64,000 nt of DNA, taken from Spirochaetota bacterium (GTDB taxonomy: Bacteria; Spirochaetota; UBA4802; UBA5550). Position 1 is the stretch's first letter, and each line of letters opens with the position of its first letter. This document shows positions 36,975 through 46,875 of this stretch, one piece after another. Made by a program: the position numbers and the translations under genes. Location of the stretch: the NCBI GenBank assembly GCA_963663865.1, contig OY760686.1, positions 1,344,001 through 1,408,000 of the forward strand. Reading direction: 5' to 3'. Below the pieces are notes generated by a model, which had not been told where the DNA came from, searched no databases, and was given only the letters and a program-made list of their open reading frames with translations.

Positions 36975-39083
36975 ATGCTGAAGGAGTACAAAACAGGCCA
37001 GATCAGAAATGTAGCGATTATTGGTCACGGAAGCACCGGGAAGTCAACGCTTTTTGAGTCAATGCTGTTTGTTGGCGGCTCAATTGAGAAAATGGGCAGC
37101 CATGAATCAGGTACACTCACTTCCGATTTTGATGAGGATGAGAAGAAACGCAAAATATCAATTCGAAGCTCCATGGGCTTTGTGGAATTCGAAGATGTTA
37201 AAATCAATATTATAGACACACCCGGCATTTCAGATTTTACCGGTGAAGCAATGGCAGCTCTGCAGGCCTCGGAGTGCGCAATACTTGTTGTTGATTCAGT
37301 CGATGGAGTTCAGATTGAAACAGAGAAGTGGTGGCGCTATCTTAAATCGAACAATATTCCCCGAATAATCTTCGTTAACAAAATGGACAGAGAAAGGGCC
37401 TCCTATGAAAAGGTCACCGCCAGTCTAAAAGATAACCTCACAAAGGATATTGCTGTCCTGTGCTTCCCAGTAGGAGAGGCCGAGACTTTCAGCGGGGTCG
37501 TAGACATTACGCACATGAAGCTTATGACGCCTATCGGAGACGGCAGGAGGGTTAACATCCAACCGCTTCCCGAAGAACACAGAAAGCATGCCGAAGACGA
37601 GTGGCAGCAGCTGATGGAACTCGCCGCAGAAGGCGATGATGAGCTAATAGAAAAGTTTTTGGACGGTGGTGAACTTAATGAAGGTGAGATCGAACGAGGA
37701 ATCCGGGAAAGGGTAGATGATGCAAAGCTGACTGCGGTTATATGTGGCTCAGCGCTGAAGGTAACAGGAATAACCAATCTCTTGAAGGTTATAAAGGATT
37801 TTGCTCCTGCACCTGTAATAGGGAAAAAGTACAGGGCTGTTAAGAAGAATGATAAATCACCTGCAGAAATAACCTGCGATCCGGACGCTGCTCCTTCAGC
37901 CGTGGTATGGAAAACCTATATCGACCAGTATGCCGGAAGGTTTAACTATATTAAAGCCATATCCGGAGTCTTTACACCGGAAATGGAGGTTCTGAATCCA
38001 TCGCGTGAGCAAAAGGAGAGAATCGGCAAGCTGTATTCCCTCTGCGGAAACAGGCAGGTCGAACTGCCGGCTCTTTGCGCCGGAGACCTGGGTGTAGTTG
38101 TAAAGCTTGAAAAAACATGCACTGGAAATACCCTGTGCGCTCCTTCATGCGAGGCGGTTTTTGATTTTATGAAACTGCCCAGCCCGGTTTACTCGTACGC
38201 AGTTGAACCGCAAAACAAGGGAGATGTCGATAAAATTGGCCTTTTCTTTACGAAGGCTGCTGAGGAAAATCCCACTATAAAATATGAGTTTAACGCCGAG
38301 ACTCACGAGAGCGTCCTGTCGGGAATGGGCGAGATGCAGCTGTCCATACTTCTGCAGAACCTGAAGGACAAGATGAAAATTGACGTTAACACCCGTGAAC
38401 CAGGGGTGGCATACAGAGAGACAATAAACATTGAGGCGGAATCAAATTACAGGCACAAAAAACAGTCGGGAGGACATGGGCAATTCGGTGAAGTCTTTAT
38501 CCGGCTTAAGCCCCTGCCGAGAGGTGAAGGTTTTAAGTTTACGGAATCGCTGTTCGGAGGGGCCATACCCAGGCAGTATGTTCCCGGAGTTGAGAAAGGT
38601 ATAGTTGAGGCCATGCATGAAGGAGTCCTCGGAAAATTTCCGGTCGTAGACGTTGCTGTCGATCTCTATGACGGGAAATATCACGATGTCGATTCTTCAG
38701 AAATGGCATTTAAGATTGCCGCGAGGCAGGCCTTCAAAGAAGGCATGGAAAAGGCAAAGCCTCAGCTTCTGGAACCAGTTATGAATGTCAGCATTTATGT
38801 TGATAAACAGTTTATGGGCGACATCCTTAGTGATATAACGAGCCGAAGAGGAAAGGTTATAGGGATGGACAGTGAGGAGTCTGAGGGAAGCGTTTCGGTC
38901 GTAAAAGCCACTGTACCACTTTCAGAGATGCAGAGATATGCCATCGATCTTCGTTCGATGACCCAGGGTAAGGCCACCTTTGAGATGTCGTTTTCCCACT
39001 ATGATCCAATATCCGGAAAAGACGCTGAAAATGTGTTGTCCACCAGGAAGAAATTTTTAGATGAACTGTCGGCTGAAAAATAA
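36975..39083 (+). CDS. Elongation factor G-like paralogue (EF-G2 type)
   Basis: GHGSTGKS, DTPGISDF, NKMD, KKQSGGHGQFG, HDVDSSEMAF, LRSMTQG; not in an rpsL-rpsG operon; AGGAGG RBS. Confidence 0.92.
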   Translation: MLKEYKTGQIRNVAIIGHGSTGKSTLFESMLFVGGSIEKMGSHESGTLTSDFDEDEKKRKISIRSSMGFVEFEDVKINIIDTPGISDFTGEAMAALQASECAILVVDSVDGVQIETEKWWRYLKSNNIPRIIFVNKMDRERASYEKVTASLKDNLTKDIAVLCFPVGEAETFSGVVDITHMKLMTPIGDGRRVNIQPLPEEHRKHAEDEWQQLMELAAEGDDELIEKFLDGGELNEGEIERGIRERVDDAKLTAVICGSALKVTGITNLLKVIKDFAPAPVIGKKYRAVKKNDKSPAEITCDPDAAPSAVVWKTYIDQYAGRFNYIKAISGVFTPEMEVLNPSREQKERIGKLYSLCGNRQVELPALCAGDLGVVVKLEKTCTGNTLCAPSCEAVFDFMKLPSPVYSYAVEPQNKGDVDKIGLFFTKAAEENPTIKYEFNAETHESVLSGMGEMQLSILLQNLKDKMKIDVNTREPGVAYRETINIEAESNYRHKKQSGGHGQFGEVFIRLKPLPRGEGFKFTESLFGGAIPRQYVPGVEKGIVEAMHEGVLGKFPVVDVAVDLYDGKYHDVDSSEMAFKIAARQAFKEGMEKAKPQLLEPVMNVSIYVDKQFMGDILSDITSRRGKVIGMDSEESEGSVSVVKATVPLSEMQRYAIDLRSMTQGKATFEMSFSHYDPISGKDAENVLSTRKKFLDELSAEK

Positions 39084-39090
39084 GAAAGAT

Positions 39091-39122
39091 AGAGGGCCGG
39101 ACGTAATATCCGGCCCTCTTGT
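39091..39122 (+). terminator. Terminator-like hairpin after EF-G paralogue
   Basis: AGAGGGCCGGA-CGTAATA-TCCGGCCCTCT. Confidence 0.65.
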
Positions 39123-39295
39123 AACAAAAGGTCCTGCCGTTACACCTACAGTTCATAATATAAGAGAAACGCCCTGTCAGTTCTGGTGATTCAACTCTAT
39201 AATGAGATAACAGCTCCACTGATGACGTTCTACATATCCATAATGTGCTTGATTTACGGGGGCAGAGCGTTAATCAGGGCTTGAGGGCCGAAAAC

Positions 39296-40162
39296 ATGAA
39301 TCATTCAGAATATAAAAACGCCATACCTCTCAGTCTGCTTATACTTGTATCCTTCTTTCTGCATTTCACCATGTTTTTTACTGTGAGTCTTCCCGAGTTG
39401 AAACGCCTTCCGTCCATAGACGACATACTTTCCGCAGACGGAGACGGCCGTCCGAAATTTATTGCTGCGAATATTAATCAGGATGATAGACGTCAAATAA
39501 GCAGAAGAACTCTTCTTTCCGACAGGGACTCGACGGAGAAGGGCTACATAACAAAAACCAGGGGCGAAACCTGGTACAGCGGCTCAAGCGATATTAATCT
39601 TTCAGCTGCCGGACAGGGTAAGGGCCGGAGCAGTGTCAGAAGCAGTGAGATGAGGAAATACTCCGTGATACAGAGTGATGAGTCTGCGATGACGATGAGC
39701 ATTGTGAAGCCGGAGGAAATCGACAGAAGCGGCGACGGCTCAGCGGGGAAGCTTGTAATACCTGACAGCTCTCAGGTAAGCCGGTCGAACAGCCTTTACT
39801 ATTCAAGCTCAGGACAGTTTTCATTGAATACGGTGAAGTTCAAACACTATGAGTTCGCGAAACAAATCGTTGATAAAATTCGTTCGAACTGGTACCCGCC
39901 CATAATGGCGAATGTCGCTATCGGAGGTTACGGGGCTGGAGCTGTAAGGGTCAGGGCGATTCCCCCTCAGGATGTAAAGACATACTTTGTTCTTAACCGT
40001 TCAGGTGATGTGTTGAGTTACGGTATAATTGACTCATACGGGAACAGAAGCCTTGATGATGCCTGTCTGGATTCCATAAGGATGTCGAAAAACTTCGGCA
40101 GGGTGCCCGACGACATTAAAGGCGACAGGGTTTTGATACCGTTTATTTTTATTTACAGGTGA
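39296..40162 (+). CDS. TonB/TolA C-terminal-domain protein
   Basis: N-terminal TM with SxxxH (SFFLH); C-terminal KIRSNWYPP..FVLNRSGDV..SYGNRSLDDAC..FGRVP. Start uncertain (39245 or 39296). Confidence 0.75.
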   Translation: MNHSEYKNAIPLSLLILVSFFLHFTMFFTVSLPELKRLPSIDDILSADGDGRPKFIAANINQDDRRQISRRTLLSDRDSTEKGYITKTRGETWYSGSSDINLSAAGQGKGRSSVRSSEMRKYSVIQSDESAMTMSIVKPEEIDRSGDGSAGKLVIPDSSQVSRSNSLYYSSSGQFSLNTVKFKHYEFAKQIVDKIRSNWYPPIMANVAIGGYGAGAVRVRAIPPQDVKTYFVLNRSGDVLSYGIIDSYGNRSLDDACLDSIRMSKNFGRVPDDIKGDRVLIPFIFIYR

Positions 40163-40202
40163 AACATTGCGGCCCGGCTGTCTGCGGGCCGCGTTCCTGA
40201 GA

Positions 40203-42527
40203 TCAGCGTTTTGCCAGAAGCTCTCCCAGAGTGACATTGCCGACTGCCTTTTCTCTGTCCCTTTCAAGGCTCTTGAACAGGTTTTCCATGTAGTCCTTGA
40301 GCGGTGATTTTTTTACACCTGCCGGAACTTCAAGAGAAACATCGTGTGTCAGGTTGAATATTTCCCTGAGCCTGATGTTTGACGATGAGTTCCCGGGAAC
40401 GAAACTGCTTCCATCCTGCGCAATAATGAGGTTATGTTCAACAAAAAGATCGGTATAATGAGAGACTTCATCTTCGTTGCCGGAACATATTTTTAGAAGT
40501 TCTTTCATTTTGGCAGCTCCCTTTCCCGATTCAAATTTGCTGTAAATATGGTGAAGGACGGCAATGCCGTTGTAGACATGAACGGCATTACGGTTTCTTA
40601 TTGATTTTTTTACGCGTTTGTAGGTGTCAGGGTGCATAAGGGTGTACGAAACCACCGCGCCGAACAGGATAATCATAGCCGAAGCGTAAACCATCAGGAG
40701 GAAAAGCGGTATTGAAGCAAGGGCTCCGTAAACCGCAAGAGTTCCCCGGGCAAACGCGCGGGTATAAATCATGAAAAGAAGAATAAAGCAGACCCATACA
40801 GCACCGGTGAAAGCCGCTCCGATGGCCGCCTGTTTTACAGGGACCCTTGTGTTGGGGAGTGTGGTGTAGCAGAGGAAGAATAGCAGCCAGATGAATGCAA
40901 AAGGAGTCATAAAGTTAATCAGAAAACCGATAAAGTTGTTTGATTTTATGCCCTTCCAGTTTTTACCGCCGTCACTTGACACCATCGCCATGCCCGAGTC
41001 GCCAATGGCCCAGAGTGATTTACCTGACGAGATGAGAGTGTTTACGCTGTAGGTGGGCATCTTCTCCCTTTGCCACTTCTCGCCTCCGTCGACGGTGCTG
41101 AGCAGAGTCCCCTTTGTACCCGCGATGTATCCGGTACTGTCTGAAATGAAAGCGGCGTCATTGTAGTTAAACTCCCTGAATCTGATCTGTGACCAGCTCG
41201 CTCCTCTGTCGGAGCTTTTCAGGATCACGCCTTCATCACCGGTTATCCACACGGTGCGTCCTCCGGCAAACCTTACGCTGTTGAGGTCGACATAGGCGTC
41301 CTTTCGCTTTGCCTGCTCTATCAGCAGCTTTTTCCATGTAGCACCGCCGTCCGATGTGGTGAGGATGACCCCGCTGCTTGCGGTTGCAATTCCCAGGTCT
41401 CCTGAAAATTCGATTGAGTTGAAATTATTAAGTGTTTCCGGCCATTCGCGCGCCTTCCAGCTGTCTCCACCATCAGTGGTTTCGAGGATAATGCCGTTAT
41501 CCGCCGCGATAAAGCCTTTTTGGGAAGTTAGCATTTCGATGTCGTTAAGCGTAAACGATCCCCATTTAGAAAGCTCCCAGGCCCTGCCGCCATTGACTGT
41601 TTTGAGAACGTAGCCGTCTTCGCCTATTATCCAGCCTTCGCTGCCCCTGAACTCGATGTCGTTGAACTTTAGCTTTGCGTATTCAAGATCGTCGACGTTA
41701 AACTCCTGCAATGTGAAGCTCGAACTGGAGGCGTTGTACAGATAGACCTTCTGATTGTCGAAGTCAATATTAGCTTTCGTGACAGTGGCAGCTTTGAATT
41801 TATTGTCGTATGCCCTTATTGTGGCCTTGTTGCCTACGACCCATAATTTGTTTTCCGGCCCGACGACAGCGGACTTGAAATGCGGCTCCGAAAAGGCCTC
41901 AACTGCCTGGGTCGCAACTGTCGATCCGGCAATCATCAGAACTGGGCCGAGTGTCAGCGCAGCCCAGTAATAGACTACCTTTTGAAATATTGGGCGCTGC
42001 TTCTTTACTCCCCAGATCTGGTTGAGCGAGGTCTCGAGTGATCTGAGCATCGCTGTAGCCGAGAAAATCATAATTACGGCGCTGATTCCTCCGATTTTAC
42101 CCGCGTTGTCGACCAGGCCAGATATTGCCGCAAAAATGGGGTCGATGTTGATCTTTATATTGTGCTCAAGCATGAACAGCGAGACACGGCGGAACAGCTC
42201 TTCCTTTTTCCCGCCCACTCCGGAGAAAATCGAATAGAATGTCAGAATCATTGTGAGCATGGGGACCAGCGAGACGATGATAGTGTAGGTAATAGATGAG
42301 GCGCGAGTCATGCAGTTATCGTGCATGAATTTTCTGAACGAGACTATCAGTACCTTTACAGCGTTAACTATTCTGGTAACCGGTTTGGAGAAGACCTCTC
42401 CCTCGGCAGCCTTGTTTATGAATGATAATCCATTGAGGACAATTTCTTTAAGCCTCTTGATTGTTTTATTTGGGATGCTGCTTTTTTGAGTTTTGCCTGA
42501 TTGTTGTTCTTTTTTATTCTTTTCCAT
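40203..42527 (-). CDS. YihY/BrkB-family membrane protein with inserted Asp-box (Ycf48-like) beta-propeller and probable C-terminal wHTH
   Basis: RASSITYT..SLVP, LETSLNQIWGV, YWAALTLGP; six TxDGGxxW-type boxes; LPNTRVP, VYGALASIPLFLL..FGA. Confidence 0.85.
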   Translation of the reverse strand: MEKNKKEQQSGKTQKSSIPNKTIKRLKEIVLNGLSFINKAAEGEVFSKPVTRIVNAVKVLIVSFRKFMHDNCMTRASSITYTIIVSLVPMLTMILTFYSIFSGVGGKKEELFRRVSLFMLEHNIKINIDPIFAAISGLVDNAGKIGGISAVIMIFSATAMLRSLETSLNQIWGVKKQRPIFQKVVYYWAALTLGPVLMIAGSTVATQAVEAFSEPHFKSAVVGPENKLWVVGNKATIRAYDNKFKAATVTKANIDFDNQKVYLYNASSSSFTLQEFNVDDLEYAKLKFNDIEFRGSEGWIIGEDGYVLKTVNGGRAWELSKWGSFTLNDIEMLTSQKGFIAADNGIILETTDGGDSWKAREWPETLNNFNSIEFSGDLGIATASSGVILTTSDGGATWKKLLIEQAKRKDAYVDLNSVRFAGGRTVWITGDEGVILKSSDRGASWSQIRFREFNYNDAAFISDSTGYIAGTKGTLLSTVDGGEKWQREKMPTYSVNTLISSGKSLWAIGDSGMAMVSSDGGKNWKGIKSNNFIGFLINFMTPFAFIWLLFFLCYTTLPNTRVPVKQAAIGAAFTGAVWVCFILLFMIYTRAFARGTLAVYGALASIPLFLLMVYASAMIILFGAVVSYTLMHPDTYKRVKKSIRNRNAVHVYNGIAVLHHIYSKFESGKGAAKMKELLKICSGNEDEVSHYTDLFVEHNLIIAQDGSSFVPGNSSSNIRLREIFNLTHDVSLEVPAGVKKSPLKDYMENLFKSLERDREKAVGNVTLGELLAKR

Positions 42528-42706
42528 TTCCGGCTCCGCCTGAAAAAATCTGACTCCGATAGAGGAGAGACTGGATTTTCTTCCATTTATAAATAAAGGT
42601 CAATAAAAAAAGGGAATATTTTGAGTTAAGTGATTATTGCCGATGATATTCTTGACAATTCAGGCTTATCCTGCCAGATATGATTAATCTAAGACGGAGT
42701 GCATCA

Positions 42707-43738
42707 ATGCGAACACAGACTGTAAAAGCGGATTTGGACTGGTCTTCCCTGTCATTCGGCTATATCAAAACGGATTTTAACATCAGGTATCATCACTCTA
42801 AAGGCGCCTGGTCAGAGGGGGAGTTGTTTGATGATGACAACATCTCAATCAATGTCGCTTCGGGGTGCCTGCATTACGGGCAGGAGGCTTTTGAAGGACT
42901 TAAGGCTTTTGAAACCTCAGATGGGCGTACGGTAGTCTTCAGGCCTGACCGGAATGCCGACAGGCTCAGAAGCAGCTGCCAGAGGCTGTATATGCCCCAG
43001 GTTTCGACTGAAATGTTCAACGATGCAGTCAGCAGGGTCGTGAAGGCCAATGCCCGCTTTGTTCCGCCGTACGGAACCGGTGCAAGTCTTTACATAAGGC
43101 CTCTCATTATCGGTACGGGGCCAAGAATCGGCCTGGGGCCGGCAGAAGAGTATGAGTTCATTATTCTCGTATCGCCTGTAGGGCCGTACTACAAAGGCGG
43201 CTTCAATCCGGTTGAAGCGCTGGTTGTGGAACAGTTTGACCGTGCCGCTCCTATGGGAGTCGGCAATATCAAGGTTGGCGGAAACTACGCCGCCGGACTT
43301 GCCGGAGATCAGTACGGGAAGAAAATGGGATATCCTGTTGTTCTATATCTTGATGCCAGAGAGAAGAAGTATATCGACGAGTTAAGCACCTCCAACTTTA
43401 TTGGCATAAAGGGAGATACATACATAACGCCAGAATCCAATTCAATTTTGCCGAGCATTACAAATGACAGCCTTTCTGTAATCGCCAGAGACATGGGTTT
43501 TAAGTTCGAAAAGAGGCCTGTGGAGATAAGCGAGCTTGACGGCTTTGACGAGGTCGGGGCAGTAGGTACCGCGGCCGTTATTACTCCGATAAGCCGTATT
43601 CATCACGGCGAAAAGGTCTACACATTCGGTGACGGGCAAAGCGCGGGCCCGGTGGTGAAACGGCTGCATGACAGGCTTCTCGAGATTCAGCATGGAGAAG
43701 CAGAGGACAATCACGGCTGGCTTTACGAGGTAAAGTAA
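42707..43738 (+). CDS. ilvE: Branched-chain amino acid aminotransferase
   Basis: LHYGQEAFEGLKA, SLYIRP, KVGGNYA, ILPSIT, GTAAVITPI; GGAG before ATG 42707. Confidence 0.96.
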   Translation: MRTQTVKADLDWSSLSFGYIKTDFNIRYHHSKGAWSEGELFDDDNISINVASGCLHYGQEAFEGLKAFETSDGRTVVFRPDRNADRLRSSCQRLYMPQVSTEMFNDAVSRVVKANARFVPPYGTGASLYIRPLIIGTGPRIGLGPAEEYEFIILVSPVGPYYKGGFNPVEALVVEQFDRAAPMGVGNIKVGGNYAAGLAGDQYGKKMGYPVVLYLDAREKKYIDELSTSNFIGIKGDTYITPESNSILPSITNDSLSVIARDMGFKFEKRPVEISELDGFDEVGAVGTAAVITPISRIHHGEKVYTFGDGQSAGPVVKRLHDRLLEIQHGEAEDNHGWLYEVK

Positions 43739-43743
43739 AATGC

Positions 43744-43786
43744 CTGCGGGGTAAGGCCTTTGGCCTCAGTCCCCGCGGAAATTTTT
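43744..43786 (+). terminator. Terminator after ilvE
   Basis: CTGCGGGG..AGGCC/GGCCT..CCCCGCGG stem then AAATTTTT. Confidence 0.5.
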
Positions 43787-43980
43787 CAGCCGAGCGTTAC
43801 CCTTTCGGCCTGAAGAGCGAGGTATCTGACCAGTGTCTGTTCAGTAATAGCATTCTGTGTAACCAGAATAATACCTATGAGCCCACCCTCATTTTGTTGA
43901 ACCTCAAGTGCTTTATTGAGCTGTTCTTTCGTAATTTCGCCGTTTTCCAGCAGTATTTCACCAAGCAAAGCTTTTGACAT
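43786..43980 (-). CDS. Stand-alone MshEN-like domain protein
   Basis: Two 24-aa repeats LLGEILLENGEITKEQLNKALEVQ and LIGIILVTQNAITEQTLVRYLALQ joined by 5 aa; GGGAGG RBS. Confidence 0.8.
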   Translation of the reverse strand: MSKALLGEILLENGEITKEQLNKALEVQQNEGGLIGIILVTQNAITEQTLVRYLALQAERVTLG

Positions 43981-44082
43981 CTTGTCCTCCCGGATTGAAT
44001 GGAGACTAATCAGACTGCATATTCATACAGAGGCCTTTCGAGCAAAGGAATCTCAGGTTGTATGATCAACAGCATGACATGC

Positions 44083-44110
44083 ATCTTAACCAAAAAATAG
44101 GGGATGTCAA
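44083..44110 (-). promoter_or_regulatory. Sigma70-type promoter for the MshEN-like gene
   Basis: Minus strand TTGACA-16 nt-TAAGAT. Confidence 0.55.
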
Positions 44111-44315
44111 TAAATTATTGCCCGGTGCCGGCTATAATTTACTCAATCTTTTTAAAGGACTGTTCATCATTGGCCCGGGGATAATGGCCCGATATAAGAT
44201 ATAGTTCCCGGTTTTTGTGATAACGAAAAATTATCGAGTTTGATCAATGAATTTAACAGGCACTTCTGACGATACAGAGAGCATGGAACAGAAATACTAT
44301 CGGAGAGATACAGAT

Positions 44316-45356
44316 ATGGCCAATAGAGCGATGACGCCGGCATCGGGCCGGGCAGCCTACTACATAGCTGAAATTGGACTGAATCACAATGGGAATATTG
44401 ATGCCGCGCTTGAAATGATCAGAGCGGCTGCTTCGTCCGGAGCTGACGCGGTAAAGTTTCAGACAATAGTGCCTGAGAAGCTGAACTCGGTTTACACCAC
44501 ATCGCTTCTTCAGTCCGGAAATGATTCAAACAGGGATAGTAGTCAGATTGATTTTTTCTCAAAGTTCTCACTGAATTTGTCTGAATACAGGGTTATAAAA
44601 GATGAAGCCGTCAGATGCGGACTTGATTTCATTTCATCCGTGTTTGACGCTGCCTCACTGGATATGCTGACCGAACTCGGAGTGCCTTTTCATAAGCTCG
44701 CATCGTCAGAGCTTAGCAATCCTGAGCTTGTAAGGGCTGCCGCGCGGAGCGGTCTTCCTCTGCTTCTTTCGACAGGAATGTCGTCAGAACAGGACATTGA
44801 GCTTGCTCTCAATCAATGGGAAAGTAATGGCGGAGGCGAGATTGTCCTTCTGCACTGCGTTTCTTTATATCCATGTTCTCCGGAGGATTTGAACCTTTCA
44901 AGAATACGGACACTCAGGGAGCGCTTCGGAAAGAGGGTAGGCTTTTCTGACCACAGCGCTGGTATCGAAGCGGCGTTTGCCGCCGCAGCTATAGGAGCTG
45001 AGGTGTTCGAAAAGCACTTTAAGCTCTCATCCGGTTTTGAGTGTCCCGACGCTTGTGTTTCGGCCGCTCCAGATGAGTTCGGAAGGCTTGTCGATGCCGT
45101 TGAGAAGGCTGCACTCATGTCAGGGGATGGAGCTTTGTCTTGCGGCACGAGGGAGGGCGAGGTCGCGAGAGCTGCAAGGAGAAGCCTTTTTGCGGCAGCC
45201 GATATCCCCAAATGGAAAAAGATTGAGAGCTCAGACCTGGCCGCGCTCAGGCCCGGCGTTGGGATTCCCGCGAACAGGGATGACCTTGTTATTGGGAAAG
45301 TGGCAAACAGGCTCATTGAAAAGGAGCGCATAATTAAAATGGAATATCTTGACTGA
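44316..45356 (+). CDS. NeuB/SpsE-family nonulosonic acid synthase with SAF domain
   Basis: IAEIGLNHNG, DAVKFQ, KLAS, LSTGMS, LHCVSLYP, GFSDHS, EKHF, RRSL. Start uncertain (44247/44283/44316). Confidence 0.92.
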   Translation: MANRAMTPASGRAAYYIAEIGLNHNGNIDAALEMIRAAASSGADAVKFQTIVPEKLNSVYTTSLLQSGNDSNRDSSQIDFFSKFSLNLSEYRVIKDEAVRCGLDFISSVFDAASLDMLTELGVPFHKLASSELSNPELVRAAARSGLPLLLSTGMSSEQDIELALNQWESNGGGEIVLLHCVSLYPCSPEDLNLSRIRTLRERFGKRVGFSDHSAGIEAAFAAAAIGAEVFEKHFKLSSGFECPDACVSAAPDEFGRLVDAVEKAALMSGDGALSCGTREGEVARAARRSLFAAADIPKWKKIESSDLAALRPGVGIPANRDDLVIGKVANRLIEKERIIKMEYLD

Positions 45357-45466
45357 CAGTGTCGATGTCCGCTCTTCAGCCGGCTGTAAAAGACCTTGAC
45401 ATCGTGAAACGTCCGGCCAATAACGTTTTTTAAATATATTATACTTAGAATAATTGAACTGACTAT

Positions 45467-46780
45467 ATGGAAAACAGAGACGGCTTTACGGGAAAATTCG
45501 GAATAGTGGCAGCGGCCGCCGGTTCCGCCATTGGACTGGGGAATATCTGGCGCTTCCCCTATGTGCTGGGAGAAAACGGCGGGGCGGCGTTTCTGCTTAT
45601 CTATCTGGCGTTGATTCTGGGGTTGGGCGTACCTGTCATGCTTTCAGAGATGCTTATAGGCAGGAGGGGACAGCGCAATATCTTCGGGTCTTTCCGGCGT
45701 CTGGCGCCGGGCTCTCTCTGGCCGGGAGTCGGCCTTCTCGGTGTCGCAACGGCCTTTGTGATTCTTTCATTTTACAGCGTTGTAGCCGGGTGGACCGTTG
45801 ACTATGTTTTTCTTGCGCTGAAGAATGAGTTCGCCGGCAAAAGCCCTGAAGAGATAAAGCTTATCTACGACGCTGTGTCTGGCGACGCGGCCGGTTCCGT
45901 GATACTGATGATTATTTTCATGGCGGCTTGTGCTTATATTGTCCTGTCCGGCATCAAGAACGGCATTGAAAAATATGCCAAGATTCTCATGCCGCTTCTC
46001 CTTGTGATAATCATTCTTCTCTGTATCAGAGCTGTGACTCTTGACGGCGCTTCAGCGGGGCTAAGCTTCCTCTTTACTCCGGATTTCTCGAAGATAAATG
46101 CTGCGGTAATACTTGAAGCGCTCGGACAGGCTTTTTTCTCGCTAAGCCTTGGCATGGGGGCAATGCTTACCTATGGTTCATATATAAGCAAAAGGGACAG
46201 TCTGGCACAGACGGCTATTTCCGTATCGCTTTCCGATACGCTTATTGCTATTCTGGCTGGCGTTGCCATATTCCCCGCAGTATTCGCTTTCGGGATACAG
46301 CCCGACGCGGGCCCGGGGCTTGTCTTTGTGACTCTGCCGGGCATATTCAACCAGATGGCCGGAGGGTACTTTTTCTCTATCCTCTTTTTTACCCTGCTCG
46401 TTATCGCTGCCCTTACTTCGGCGATATCGCTTCTTGAGGTGATAGTCGCGTACTTTACCGAAGAGTTGAAGCTAAAGAGGGTGTTCGGTACATGGCTGGC
46501 CTCAGGTCTGGTGGCAGCGCTTGGTGTCCTGTGTTCAGTTGAAGCCTCAGTATTTGATTTTTTTGATAAGACATCATCAAATATACTCCTTCCTGCGGGA
46601 GGGCTCCTCATTGTTCTTTTCACGGGATGGGTTCTCGGCAAAAAAAATATCAGGGAAGAGCTTGAAGAGGGCGGGAACAGAGTGCGTTTTTTTACTCCCT
46701 TTATAGTAATAGTCAAATTTGCCGCCCCTGTAGCCATCGCGGCTGTTTTTCTCAACAGTACAGGGCTGATCAAATTTTAA
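45467..46780 (+). CDS. Sodium-dependent transporter (NSS/SNF family)
   Basis: AGSAIGLGNIWRFPY, GQAFFSLSLG, GPGLVFVTLP. Confidence 0.95.
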   Translation: MENRDGFTGKFGIVAAAAGSAIGLGNIWRFPYVLGENGGAAFLLIYLALILGLGVPVMLSEMLIGRRGQRNIFGSFRRLAPGSLWPGVGLLGVATAFVILSFYSVVAGWTVDYVFLALKNEFAGKSPEEIKLIYDAVSGDAAGSVILMIIFMAACAYIVLSGIKNGIEKYAKILMPLLLVIIILLCIRAVTLDGASAGLSFLFTPDFSKINAAVILEALGQAFFSLSLGMGAMLTYGSYISKRDSLAQTAISVSLSDTLIAILAGVAIFPAVFAFGIQPDAGPGLVFVTLPGIFNQMAGGYFFSILFFTLLVIAALTSAISLLEVIVAYFTEELKLKRVFGTWLASGLVAALGVLCSVEASVFDFFDKTSSNILLPAGGLLIVLFTGWVLGKKNIREELEEGGNRVRFFTPFIVIVKFAAPVAIAAVFLNSTGLIKF

Positions 46781-46875
46781 GCCCAAAAGACGATGCGGTG
46801 TGATAATATCACCGCGCGTTATGAAACAAACTGTCCGAATCCAGTGACAGAATATTTTTCCAGGAGGAAACCGTT

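Noticed and set aside
46794-46816. GCGGTG..TATCACCGC palindrome as a phage-like operator
   Set aside because: Single copy directly after the transporter stop codon; more simply a terminator/stability hairpin; no phage genes nearby.
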